Of a stretch of DNA of 64,000 nucleotides, positions 1-9,600 are shown piece by piece (position 1 is the stretch's first letter; each line of letters starts with the position of its first letter). The position numbers were made by a program, and so were the translations under genes. The stretch lies in the NCBI GenBank assembly GCA_040220235.1, contig JAVJTO010000039.1; one strand, given 5' to 3'. A model generated the notes under the pieces. That model made no database searches and was not told where the DNA came from. It saw only the letters and a list, made by a program, of their open reading frames with translations. This DNA is from Coleofasciculus sp. B1-GNL1-01 (lineage in GTDB: Bacteria; Cyanobacteriota; Cyanobacteriia; Cyanobacteriales; Coleofasciculaceae).

Positions 1-133
1 AAGGTGTGCCACGCCACTACAACTAGGAAGGTGTACCAGATACAATAAAACCGACTAAAATACAAGAATCATTGCCCTCTTCAACAATAGCCAGAGCAAT
101 GGCAATCTTCACATCAGAAAAAACAACAATGTC

Positions 134-613
134 CTAGTCTATACCCCTGCGATACCGATCTAAAAATTGTTTCAGTAGAGTTGATGATGCCCGAAAACTG
201 GTTTGCTGTAAACGCTCAAGCGTATCGGGAAAGTCAATGATTTGACGGACTCCTGCTTGATACAAAACACCTAATAATCCCGTTACCGTTAATCCTCGTT
301 GTGTCGCTATGCGTCGAGCATCTAAATCATCCAGTACAATTAAACTCGATCCTAAACGCTCTGCCAACAAAATTGCCTCTGTCTCACCAACATCTAAACG
401 CTCTAACATCTGATCTGCTTCGCCAGATACAACATGAATATCAAGCCAGTCTGGTGCTTGAGCAATCCAGGTTTGCACAGAAGCACCTTCCGCGATAAGT
501 TCATTCTGTACCGCCTGGGGAATACTGATTCGCCCAAAAAGTTGAGGCAGGACATCGATTTGGTCGATTAAAATCAAATAGCAAAGTGGAGACGTATCAC
601 AAACAATGGTCAT
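134..613 (-). CDS. DUF3368/PIN-domain (VapC-like) toxin
   Basis: N-terminal IVCDTSPL, then LDVGETEAI, LDDLDARRIA and GLLGVL motifs typical of DUF3368 PIN proteins; overlaps the upstream UPF0175 gene. Confidence 0.85.
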   Translation of the reverse strand: MTIVCDTSPLCYLILIDQIDVLPQLFGRISIPQAVQNELIAEGASVQTWIAQAPDWLDIHVVSGEADQMLERLDVGETEAILLAERLGSSLIVLDDLDARRIATQRGLTVTGLLGVLYQAGVRQIIDFPDTLERLQQTSFRASSTLLKQFLDRYRRGID

Positions 614-878
614 TCGTTTGGATAACCTTGGCTACGGCTTGAAGATCCTGTTCTAGGTCTGCCTCAGTATAGTGTAGATACGCTCCTTCTCGTTTCAGAA
701 ATTCATCAACGGCTAAACGAGAGGGTAAATTAAGCATTCGTCGGACTTCACCTGCGGTAAGGATACCCGATTTATAGGCTTGAGCCGCCATAATTTCTAA
801 TGAGCGCTGGGGCAAATTGTGCCATTTTGCTGTCAAACGATTACCAATATCATCCGGTATTTCAAGGCTAATTTGCAT
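597..878 (-). CDS. UPF0175-family antitoxin
   Basis: MQISLEIPDD...AYKSGILTAGEVRRMLNL...FLKREG...YTEADLEQD; the ATG at 878 is preferred over the ORF-track start at 962, which lies in a REP-like hairpin. Confidence 0.8.
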   Translation of the reverse strand: MQISLEIPDDIGNRLTAKWHNLPQRSLEIMAAQAYKSGILTAGEVRRMLNLPSRLAVDEFLKREGAYLHYTEADLEQDLQAVAKVIQTNDHCL

Positions 879-1032
879 ATTAAATAATGCTTGGCTGTCT
901 GGTTTATTAGAATTTATATTAATTATAGTCGTTAAGGTAGGTTGGGTTTCGACTTCGCTCAACCCAACAGATGCTTCGGAAACAGGATTGATGCACCAAT
1001 ACTAGATAATAGGGTAGGGGCACGATAATATC

Positions 1033-1231
1033 CATTGGTGTCAACTTAAGCTAAACCCCTCACCCCCAGCCCCTCTCCCACGCCGGGGAGAGGGGAGTAA
1101 GAGAGTCTGGTTCCCCTTCTCCCCACGGTGGGAGAAGGGGTTAGGGGATGAGGGGGAAAATGTTGAGGAGTAGATAGACACGGTTTAAAACCTTGCCAGC
1201 ATTGGTTTTCTACCTTAAGTTGACACGGATG
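1033..1231. mobile_element. MITE with ~18-bp TIRs nested inside a GTAG REP-like hairpin
   Basis: CATTGGTGTCAACTTAAG (1033-1050) is inverted relative to CTTAAGTTGACACGGATG (1214-1231); flanked by GTAGGGGCAC and GTGCGCCCCTAC arms. Confidence 0.7.
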
Positions 1232-1246
1232 CACATCGGTGCGCCC

Positions 1247-1609
1247 CTACTCACCTGGTAAGGATTTGGAATCGGAGGGTTCTGTATATTGACAGAAAAT
1301 ATTTAAGCCAATCTTGAGAATATACAATACCACCACAGTGGCGATCGCAGGATCAAGGGGTAAGCCAGCTAATCCCACCAAATACACGATTAATCCCGTC
1401 AGCAAAGGTGTACTTCCGGGATTCTTGCTATACTCCTGTACCTTAGTGCGAAAGCTATCATCACCACACAATTCCTGACGCAACTGGTTCAGCGTTACTT
1501 CCCACAGGGATTTGTCGGGAAAATCCGGGATTGAACCATGTTGCTGAAAATACAGTTCCTCAAAGGATGCCTCAATATCTCCATTATGGTCTTTGAGAAC
1601 TGCGATCGC
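1247..1609 (-). pseudogene. 5'-truncated cyanobacterial hypothetical membrane protein
   Basis: AIAVLKDHNGDIEASFEEL...LRQELCGD...C-terminal hydrophobic hairpin; the upstream part of ORF 1247..1780 is the antisense of a GAF fragment beyond the HIP1 site at 1602-1609. Confidence 0.55.
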
Positions 1610-1872
1610 GTCTTGGTTTATCAGTTCGCTGAGGATTGGAGTGGGGAGATTGTAGCCGAATCGGTGGGTGACTTTCCCTCGGTTCTCGGTTCCCAAGTTC
1701 GCGATGCTTACTTCCAAGAAACCAAAGGCGCTGACTATCTGAATGGGCGGCGTCAGGTGGCGCATAATATTTATCATCAAGGGTTAACTCCCTGTCATTT
1801 AGAATTACTCGAACAGTTTCAAGTTAAAGCCATTCTCACCGTCCCAATTATTATTAACGAACAACTTTGGGC
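1601..1872 (+). pseudogene. Cyanobacteriochrome-type GAF domain fragment
   Basis: CDRVLVYQF..WSGEIVAESV..D.YFQE..NIY..GLTPCHLELLEQFQVKAILTVPI..QLW; lacks the N-terminal helix and the GLLIAHQC continuation. Confidence 0.75.
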
Positions 1873-2225
1873 CCAGAAAGAGGCTTTTACTTTTCCCAAA
1901 AACTACTGCTTTTGTCAAGAGAATTAATGTTAAGAAAGATGTGAGTAATGCATAGCTTCAAAAGGGGAGACCAAAGGATGCTTCGCTTTTTGTTCCATGG
2001 GGAAGCCAGCGGATGCTTCGCTTTTATTGCACGGGGATTTAGGGGGATCGACAATGTACCGCATAGCAGAGCAAACTGCTGTATAACGCATCATTATTCA
2101 ATGCATTGGTGGGTTACGGCGGATATTTCACTGAAGGGTTATTGTCTTAATTAAATCCCCGCCTAACCCACCCTACAAGACTGATGACAAAGGACGAATG
2201 ACAAAGGACGAATGACAAAAAAATA

Positions 2226-2257
2226 ACCCCTTCTGCTTGACTCGACAGAAGGAGTTT
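2226..2257 (-). terminator. Probable intrinsic terminator of the PEP-CTERM gene
   Basis: CCTTCTG...CAGAAGG stem followed on the minus strand by a T-run (2217-2223). Confidence 0.55.
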
Positions 2258-2304
2258 ACTGGGCTTCTACTATGTAAACTCGGAGGGAATTACTTGAGAC
2301 TTAA

Positions 2305-2928
2305 TTAAGCTTTGTTGTTTTTTTTGGACTGTTGGCGCTTGAGCAAACCGCCGATTCCTAGAGCCGTGGCGGAACCTAAGATGGTGAGGGGTTCGGGAAC
2401 AGGTTCAGCATTTTGAATATCTTTGGGTGCTTGATATACAGTGACGTGAGATAAACCAGGACCAGGGTTATCACCACCGTTTACAACCCCATCAGTATTC
2501 CATCTACCACTGGTAGCACCATTCAGTTTATAAGCACTGAAGGATGGACCGCCCTTAAGCACAACCATTATATTAGATGTGTTGAAATCAACGTCTGCCA
2601 GACTCCAAGTTCCTGATATAGCCTCCTTCTCCTCCTCCTCCTCATCATAAGTATCTGCTGTAACATTCAAGCCACCATCAACGCCACTAGAACTATCTAC
2701 TTTAAAGAGTTGTGACCATGTATCGATACCAAACAGCTTATTATCATTTACAAGGCTTGAGGAATCATTATCCTTAAAAGCACCTTCACAAAGTTCAGCG
2801 CCTTGTAAGTTTGAAGTGCTACATGTCCCTAAAGATGTTAAGGCGGCTTGAGCAGGAGAGAAAGCTGAAGATGCAACTACAACACCAGCAGCGGCGACAA
2901 CAGAGGGAACGAGAGAAGAGAATTTCAT
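2305..2928 (-). CDS. PEP-CTERM sorting domain protein
   Basis: Signal peptide ending PAQA; C-terminal VPEP + hydrophobic helix + KRQQSKK basic tail. Confidence 0.92.
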   Translation of the reverse strand: MKFSSLVPSVVAAAGVVVASSAFSPAQAALTSLGTCSTSNLQGAELCEGAFKDNDSSSLVNDNKLFGIDTWSQLFKVDSSSGVDGGLNVTADTYDEEEEEKEAISGTWSLADVDFNTSNIMVVLKGGPSFSAYKLNGATSGRWNTDGVVNGGDNPGPGLSHVTVYQAPKDIQNAEPVPEPLTILGSATALGIGGLLKRQQSKKNNKA

Positions 2929-3012
2929 GTAAGTACTCCTTAGGACTAGATAACTCGATTGCTGAAGCGTTTGGACTTATTTGCTTCGGCGTGTTTGCTT
3001 TTCTATATTCAC

Positions 3013-3091
3013 ACTATAAGGGACTTCACTTAGGTGTTGGGTAAAGTGGCAATGAAGAATAAGTTAATTTGTGTAAACTTTCTATAAAGAT
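3013..3091 (-). promoter_or_regulatory. Putative promoter: -10 (TATAGT) plus 11-bp-pitch direct repeats CTTCA-N6-CTTTA
   Basis: The same architecture and 22-bp spacing recur at 3972-4061 upstream of the collapsed paralog. Confidence 0.5.
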
Positions 3092-3223
3092 TAATCCCAA
3101 TAAGGCTCAAGTCTTTATTGGATAAGGGTTTTAGAGTTTTGAGCAATCCTCCGAATTTGTCTCATTTTGAAGAAAAATCGCCCTAAATAAGAAGCACAGA
3201 ATGCTTTTTTGACCAAGGAAGAC

Positions 3224-3345
3224 TAAGCTGTTCGGCATTTAAACCTTAATATCAATAAGGATGAAATCCTTGTAGTGTGAGCATCTTGCTCACTACTAAT
3301 ACCCTTGCTCACTACTAATACCCCTTTTAAATGTATGACTGCTTA
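3224..3345. mobile_element. MITE (TAAGCTGTTCGGCATTTAAA TIR family), copy 1
   Basis: Imperfect 20-bp TIRs; homologous copies at 5360-5487 and 24941-25043. Confidence 0.7.
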
Positions 3346-3768
3346 CCTCTACTCAATTTCAAGACGTGACTTATGAGGGGTTGAGTCTAAAGCCTCGACT
3401 AGAAGCGATGTCGATTCCTACAGAGTTTGGTTAAACTTGCAATCAATCCTTAGTTGAAACCAGAAACCCGAAAAAAATAGCGAGCGAGACGCAAAGCCTG
3501 CGGCATGGCTTCGCTTAACGCACTACTGTTCTCTCTGTCTCTTGCTCCCACCCTACAAACTAAAAATCCAGCTCAATTGGAACGTTGAGTAGAAGTCGTT
3601 CTGGATGTGGAATCCTTCGAGTAACTCATCAAGCAGTTATAGCAGTAGATACATCGATTAGGACAAGCGAACTGTTGTAGAGACGTTACGCCGGAACATC
3701 TTTACCATAAGATGTGTCCTAACCACTATGACGGTTGCTATATCTTAATAACGTTCTATAACAACCAA

Positions 3769-3881
3769 GGACAAATGACAAAGGACGAATGACAAAAAAT
3801 TACCCCCTCTGCTAGACAAACAGAAGGAACGAGAGAAGAAAATTTCATGTAATGTACTCCTTAGGACTAATTAACTCAATT
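3769..3881 (-). pseudogene. Collapsed PEP-CTERM paralog (start codons fused to terminator)
   Basis: 3821-3881 matches 2901-2960 (MKFSSLVPSV plus 5' UTR) and 3769-3828 matches 2194-2253 (terminator and repeats). Confidence 0.75.
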
Positions 3882-4410
3882 CGAGAGTTATATAATTGCA
3901 AGATGTGAGCAAATTCCTTGAATTCTTTGCCAGATAAGGCTTTGAGCTTCATTGAATTCGCTCTACCGTTAAATATAGGGTAAACTCCGAGATATGTCTG
4001 TAAAGCTTCGATGAAGATATCCGGAAATTCCGTGATGAATATTTAAAGTTTTGATGAAGATGTCGGAGATTCCCGTGAAAATACGGTAAAAATGGCGACA
4101 TTATGTCGGCTGAAAACTAGATATAATGAGGTTTTGAGGATTAGACGCTGCTGAATTAAGTGTTGGGGTGGGGCAAGTAGGAAAAGAGTAGGGAATTTCG
4201 TCGCCTTATACCAAGTTGCATTCTAAAGATATAACTTTCCCTCCCCCTGCTTCCCCTGCTCCCCCGGCTTTTCCTATCTACTATGTTTGAGCGCAACTCG
4301 GTATTAATCTTAACCCCCCTTAATCCCCCCGGTGCTTTGGGGGGAAATGTTCCCTCCCCTTGGTAAGGGGAGGGTTAGGGTGGGGTAGAGTCAAGGTATT
4401 GCTTGGGTTT

Positions 4411-5157
4411 CTAATCGCTACGTCTTGCCCAACCGGTTAAGCGCCAGACACTAATAAACAACGCCGCAGACACCAAAGCGCCCAAATTCCACTTCACCGA
4501 ATTTTCCAACAATCGCAAGCGCCGAGACTTCTTCTGGGATTGAGCTTCCTCCTGCATCCGCGTCTCACCCTGTTCCAAAAATGTCGAAAGCTGCTCCTTC
4601 ACCTCAGCTAACTGCTCAGTACCTTGAATCTGTGGCGTGCGCCCTTGACTATCCAATTGACTAATCAGAAACTGCATCTGTTCTACAGTCGTCGCTTGTC
4701 CTAGCGCCTCTCTCACCTGTTGAATCTGCTCCTGTCGCTGTTCAACTTGCCGAGTAATGTCATTCGTGTTCCGCGTGTCTAGTCGGATTGTGTTCACCAC
4801 ACCCAAAGGAACCAGTAAAAAGAACAAAACCCCCACCAGCAAAGCCAGCCAGGACAAAATATTCAGTACTAAAGGTTCCCATCTGGTGCGTTGATCTCGT
4901 TCGCCTAGAAACACCAGCGCCAATCCCAGCAACGGTACAGGAACCCGTTCCACCAATTGTCCGATAGTCTGGAACTCCCAAGCGGGATTCATCAAAACTG
5001 GAGGTACAAATATCTCTACGACATCGAAAAATGCCAACACTAATAACCCATAGCCTACCCACCGCACCACTCCAATGGACTTGGATAAACCAGCGCTAAA
5101 CTTCCACAGTTGGTCGATCGCGGGAACAAATTTATCTTTTTCTTCTGATTGCGTCAT
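4411..5157 (-). CDS. HpsJ-like protein, cyanoexosortase A-associated
   Basis: PPVLMNPAWEFQTIGQLVERVPVPLLGL and SVKWNLGALVS motifs; 4 TM segments with a coiled coil; adjacent to crtA. Confidence 0.8.
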   Translation of the reverse strand: MTQSEEKDKFVPAIDQLWKFSAGLSKSIGVVRWVGYGLLVLAFFDVVEIFVPPVLMNPAWEFQTIGQLVERVPVPLLGLALVFLGERDQRTRWEPLVLNILSWLALLVGVLFFLLVPLGVVNTIRLDTRNTNDITRQVEQRQEQIQQVREALGQATTVEQMQFLISQLDSQGRTPQIQGTEQLAEVKEQLSTFLEQGETRMQEEAQSQKKSRRLRLLENSVKWNLGALVSAALFISVWRLTGWARRSD

Positions 5158-5359
5158 GGTTTTAATTATCGGTTATTTGTCATTCGTCATTAGTCTTATG
5201 TCATTTGTCATACTTGCCCCCTTGAGAAGCAGACTACCTCTTATGTCCGACATAATGATCAAAACTAATTCATTAGTTAGCAGACTAATGACGTTTAACG
5301 TTCAATAGATTATCTCTTTTTCCCTACCTCTGGAAACAGATTGTCTCAATTATGAGGGG

Positions 5360-5487
5360 TAAGTTGTTCGGCATTTAAACCAGAATGCCAAGAATTGGGA
5401 AATCCTTGTAGTGTGTTTAGCGAAGCTATGCCGCAGGCTTTGCATCTTGCTCACTACCTATACACAATTTCAATTCATGCCAGCTTC
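5360..5487. mobile_element. MITE (TAAGCTGTTCGGCATTTAAA family), copy 2, with internal 26-bp insert
   Basis: Aligns with 3224-3345; contains TTTAGCGAAGCTATGCCGCAGGCTTT, also seen inverted near 3493-3518. Confidence 0.6.
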
Positions 5488-5679
5488 CGACTGTAAAGAC
5501 GCGCCGTAGCCCATCTCTACCGACAGCGGCAATGTCAGGGACTCAACCCTGGGAAGCCTAGTCGCTGACTTTCCTTTCCCCTTCTCAGCCAGAGTTGCCA
5601 GAATGACTTTCAGCAACACCACGAGAACGGCTCCAAAAATCAGCGCTAACACAAAAATCCGCACCTGTTTCCAGGACAT
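5470..5679 (-). pseudogene. Probable truncated cyanoexosortase A system-associated protein
   Basis: MSWKQVRIFVLALIFGAVLVVLLKVIL N-terminal anchor; start overlaps the crtA stop; only 69 aa, and the stop lies in a MITE end. Confidence 0.5.
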
Positions 5680-6569
5680 TATGCCTCCTCAGCCTCCGGA
5701 GAACTCGTGTCCTCCAGCCGCAGCAGAAACCAATAAAACACGCCGAAAACCATCACCGCAATCATACCGAAGAGTAGAGAACCTTCACCTTCATGCCAGT
5801 ATTTAAAGGCTTCCATATTTTGGGCATTTGCCAGCACCGCCATCAACGCCACCCGGAAGCTATTGACGACAAATCCGACAACCAACGCCACGAGTGGCAC
5901 GAAATACTGCTTGCGGCGACTGATGGGAAACATAATTAGGCAAATCACCGATAGTCCCAGCACATACGTCATCGCTTCCATACCGGAACAGCCATGATAC
6001 ACCTTAACGCCACCTTCGGGTAGATTAATAAAGACCTTATCGTACAGATCGACCTGAAAGCCCATATAGTGCAGCATGAACGCCGAAAATATAGCCGTGA
6101 TTGGCGAGATATCCGGTATAAATGAGGCAATTGTCGCCGGTCCACCGAGAAAAAACAGAATCGTTACTTCTTGCCAGTATTGTTTGAATCCTTTAAACCC
6201 AGAGGCAAGTAACGCCACACCAATGGCAGAAATAAACGGCAGCAGGCGCAGTAATGGTGCCAGCCTTTGCACATTGTTATTGGTTAGCTTCAACCCACTG
6301 ATGTCGGCGCTATACCACAGGACAAAACCAATGACTAGCGCCCCAACAATGCTAGGGAGAACTTCACTATCCAGGTTTAACTCATGGCGTTTACCCCAAA
6401 GTAGGGAACCAACCGCTAGCCAAAACAAAACACTCATGCCTAGCTGGGCTTCGTCTCCGGCTTTCCAACTGAGTGTCATATAGATGGCAACTAAGCCAGC
6501 CGCGATCGCAACAAGCCAGTACGGGGGGATTTTTAATCGTTGCAGGGGTGTGAGAGAGGTCGCTTTCAT
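5679..6569 (-). CDS. crtA: Cyanoexosortase A
   Basis: Multi-TM protein with exosortase catalytic motifs VYHGCSG (Cys), VNSFR (Arg) and YWHEGEG (His); next to PEP-CTERM and HpsJ genes. Confidence 0.9.
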   Translation of the reverse strand: MKATSLTPLQRLKIPPYWLVAIAAGLVAIYMTLSWKAGDEAQLGMSVLFWLAVGSLLWGKRHELNLDSEVLPSIVGALVIGFVLWYSADISGLKLTNNNVQRLAPLLRLLPFISAIGVALLASGFKGFKQYWQEVTILFFLGGPATIASFIPDISPITAIFSAFMLHYMGFQVDLYDKVFINLPEGGVKVYHGCSGMEAMTYVLGLSVICLIMFPISRRKQYFVPLVALVVGFVVNSFRVALMAVLANAQNMEAFKYWHEGEGSLLFGMIAVMVFGVFYWFLLRLEDTSSPEAEEA

Positions 6570-6603
6570 GGTGCTTTATCGGTAGAAACGATGAGAGAGA
6601 AAA

Positions 6604-9600
6604 TTAGCCAAACTGAATGCCTATCATTACATCATTAAAGTCGATATCACTATCGTTTGTCAGGTCTTCCCAGGCAAATTCATTCGGGGACAGTCGCCAG
6701 AAATTATCCCTGCCATTGGGGTTCGCAGCAATGAATGAGAAAAAGGCTAAGGGCGAATTCCCCAGTAAATTGTCGGGATTCTCCCGTAAAAACTGTTCGG
6801 TTGTGCCGTTTTGGATCAAATACCATCCGAAAACGCGATCGCCCTCCACATTCAGTGTCCGTTGCCCATTTCCCGTCTCTGTTGGTGCAACGATAACCTG
6901 GCGATTCGCCTGAGACAGGGCAGCTACAGCATAACCCGGATCACCGGGGAATAAATTACCGATTTGTCCATTGGGCTGATCAAACAAAAATAAACCCAGT
7001 TCATGACTGATCGGGTTATCTTGTGCCATCCAGTTGACAATCAGGGATCTCATCTCACCCAAATCCCCTGGAACCGTCCAATCGGCGTTACCTACGTTGA
7101 AGACAACATCATTAAAATCTTGATCGCCTCCACCCGTGAGATCTTCCCAAGCCAGTTGCACCATCCCATCCCCCAACTCGGTACGTTGAACATGGTTAAA
7201 CTGATCCGGATTTGCCGCCGTGACGGAGAAAAAGGCAATGGTTTCCCCATCCAGACGATTGTCCGGATTCTCGGCTAGCCAGTCTGCCCGGGTACTATCC
7301 TGAATCAAATAAAACACCCAATAGTCTCCCGCCTGGAGGCTTAAATCCACACCCTTACCCACAGTCTCACCTCGGGCAAATAATACCTGGCGTTCGGCAC
7401 GGGTTAAGGCTTGCTGGGCATATCCGGGATCACCGGGGCGCACGCCATTCACCGTTCCCATGGCATCATCGACTCGCAAGACACCCACTTCATTTTTAAA
7501 CTCGGCTTCTCGGAAGGTCCAGTCAAACTGTAAACGCACCGCCTCTCCGGGAGTTCCACCCACTTGGAAAACGCCCTGGGTTGAACCAAGTTGTGCCAGA
7601 TCCACTAAACCAACAGGTAGAGTAGGTGTCGGTGTAGGTGTAGGCGTCGGGGTATCATCAACAGCCGCGATCGCAATCTCAAAGCCCTCTTCAAAAGAGA
7701 AGCCATCGGCATCGGTACTGCGGACAGTAATCTGATAAATCTGATTGGTCTCAAAGTCTAAGTTAACACCATCGGCAACGAGCAATTTATTATCGGCGAT
7801 CGCAAACCGTCCTCCAGCATCATCAATTAACCTGTAAGTATGGCGATCATCCGTATCTGGGTCAATTGTCGAAAGCTGACCTACAACCTTCTCCTGTAAC
7901 GTATTTTTAGTGATCGTTTGATTATCTAAACGAATCGCTGTGGGTGGATTACCAACAGGAGTCGCTGGACTTTGCCAAACCGAGAAAAAGGCATCCTCAC
8001 TTCCACCCGAAGTCCCCTGAAGCGGATTAACCGTAATCATATTCGTACCAGCATTTGTGGACACCATCGCCCGGATATCTCCAAACACCGCCACCCCATT
8101 CACCTCAGAACCCGAGGGATTACCTCCCGACCAAAGTCCCACCAGTTCCCTAGCTTGAAAATCTTCACTTACGGCAATCACCGCCCCTTCAAAGCCACTG
8201 TAGGGTCCTACAGCAGTGCCATTAATTTGCAACTCGTCGCGATTGGGTAAAGACGCCGCCGCTTGACCCCCAATATACACTCTGCCATTAGCATCCGCCG
8301 TAATTGCATTAACTGTAAACGAATTCCCTTCCCCATTGGAACGGCGAGTGAGGAAAATCTGACCCTGATCCAAAGTTCCTGTCGCCGGATTCATGCGGGC
8401 AAAATAGGCAAATTTCCCGCCACCACTATTCGAGGTGTTTGTGTAGTTGTCGATATTCACATTACCAGCCGATTGGCTGATAGTTTGGGGATCGCGTTGA
8501 AAAACACTATTCCCGCCATCCAAGCTACCTGCAAAGTAAAGCTGATTATCTTGTCCAATGGCTACCCGTAACCCGCGCGTATCTGCGCCTAAATTCTCTC
8601 CGGCGGCTTCATTGGCAGAAAAATTATAATTTTCCCAGTTAATCTCACCCGTGTAACTATAGCTGCGGAGTAAGGGAAGCTGTAAATTGGTACTTACCTG
8701 TCGATATCCGGTGACAAATACCGATGAGGTATTACTGTCAATTGCCACATCTTCAATCCGGGTTCCGGCTACAGTAAAATCCCCGATGGCAGTCCCCTGG
8801 GGATTATAAACCGTCACCTGTTTATCTGCGAGGACAGCAACTTGACCCTGCGCCGCCACCGCGACTCGTTGGGCGCTACCGGGATTGGCACTCCAGAGAA
8901 CCTGACTGGCGTCACTGTTAAGAGTTTTGACACCAAAGTCACCGACAACGGTGATGTTGCCATTATTACGATTGAGATCCAAGTCATCCACATCAGCACC
9001 CACCTGAGTAACTGATAGTCTGGTTTGTCCCGTCGAATCCAAACGGATAACTGTCCCCTGTCCCTCTGCTAAACTCTCAGTCGGTGTTATATCAAAATTT
9101 CCGCCAATCACAATGGTTCTGTCGGGGGCAATTTCCACCGCATTACCACTGTCATCCCCACTTCCCCCCAAAAAACTGGCACTATTAACCGTGAGATTAT
9201 TATCCACCGCATCCAGTACCGCCTGATACGCCGACTGCGCCCACTGATGCAACGCCACATCAGATTCAATCGTTCCCTGGAATACCTCCAACTCCCAGTC
9301 ACCGCCCAGGGCTGCACTTCCCGTGCGATCGCTAGAGGCGGCGACATCTGCCCCTGTCAACTGACTCACCCGTTCGATGAACTGCTGTCCTGAGGCGGTT
9401 GCTGCCAGATTACAGCCATAGAACAGGATATCAGCCTCCGGTGTTAATGCCCCTGCCCAGGTTTGCAACTGATTGGTATACCTATTCAGCGTATCCAGGT
9501 TCAACTCTCCTGCGCCTAATTGCAACCCAGCCGACATCCCATGAGAGATAATCTGAACACTGGAGAGTCCTTGACGTTGTGCCAATACCTGAGTAATTTG

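Noticed and set aside
1046..1234. 62-aa ORF
   Set aside because: It lies entirely within nested repeats; PHPLTPSP-type translation is typical of these elements.
1948..2154. 68-aa ORF
   Set aside because: Composed of repeat fragments and a REP-like hairpin; no protein motif.
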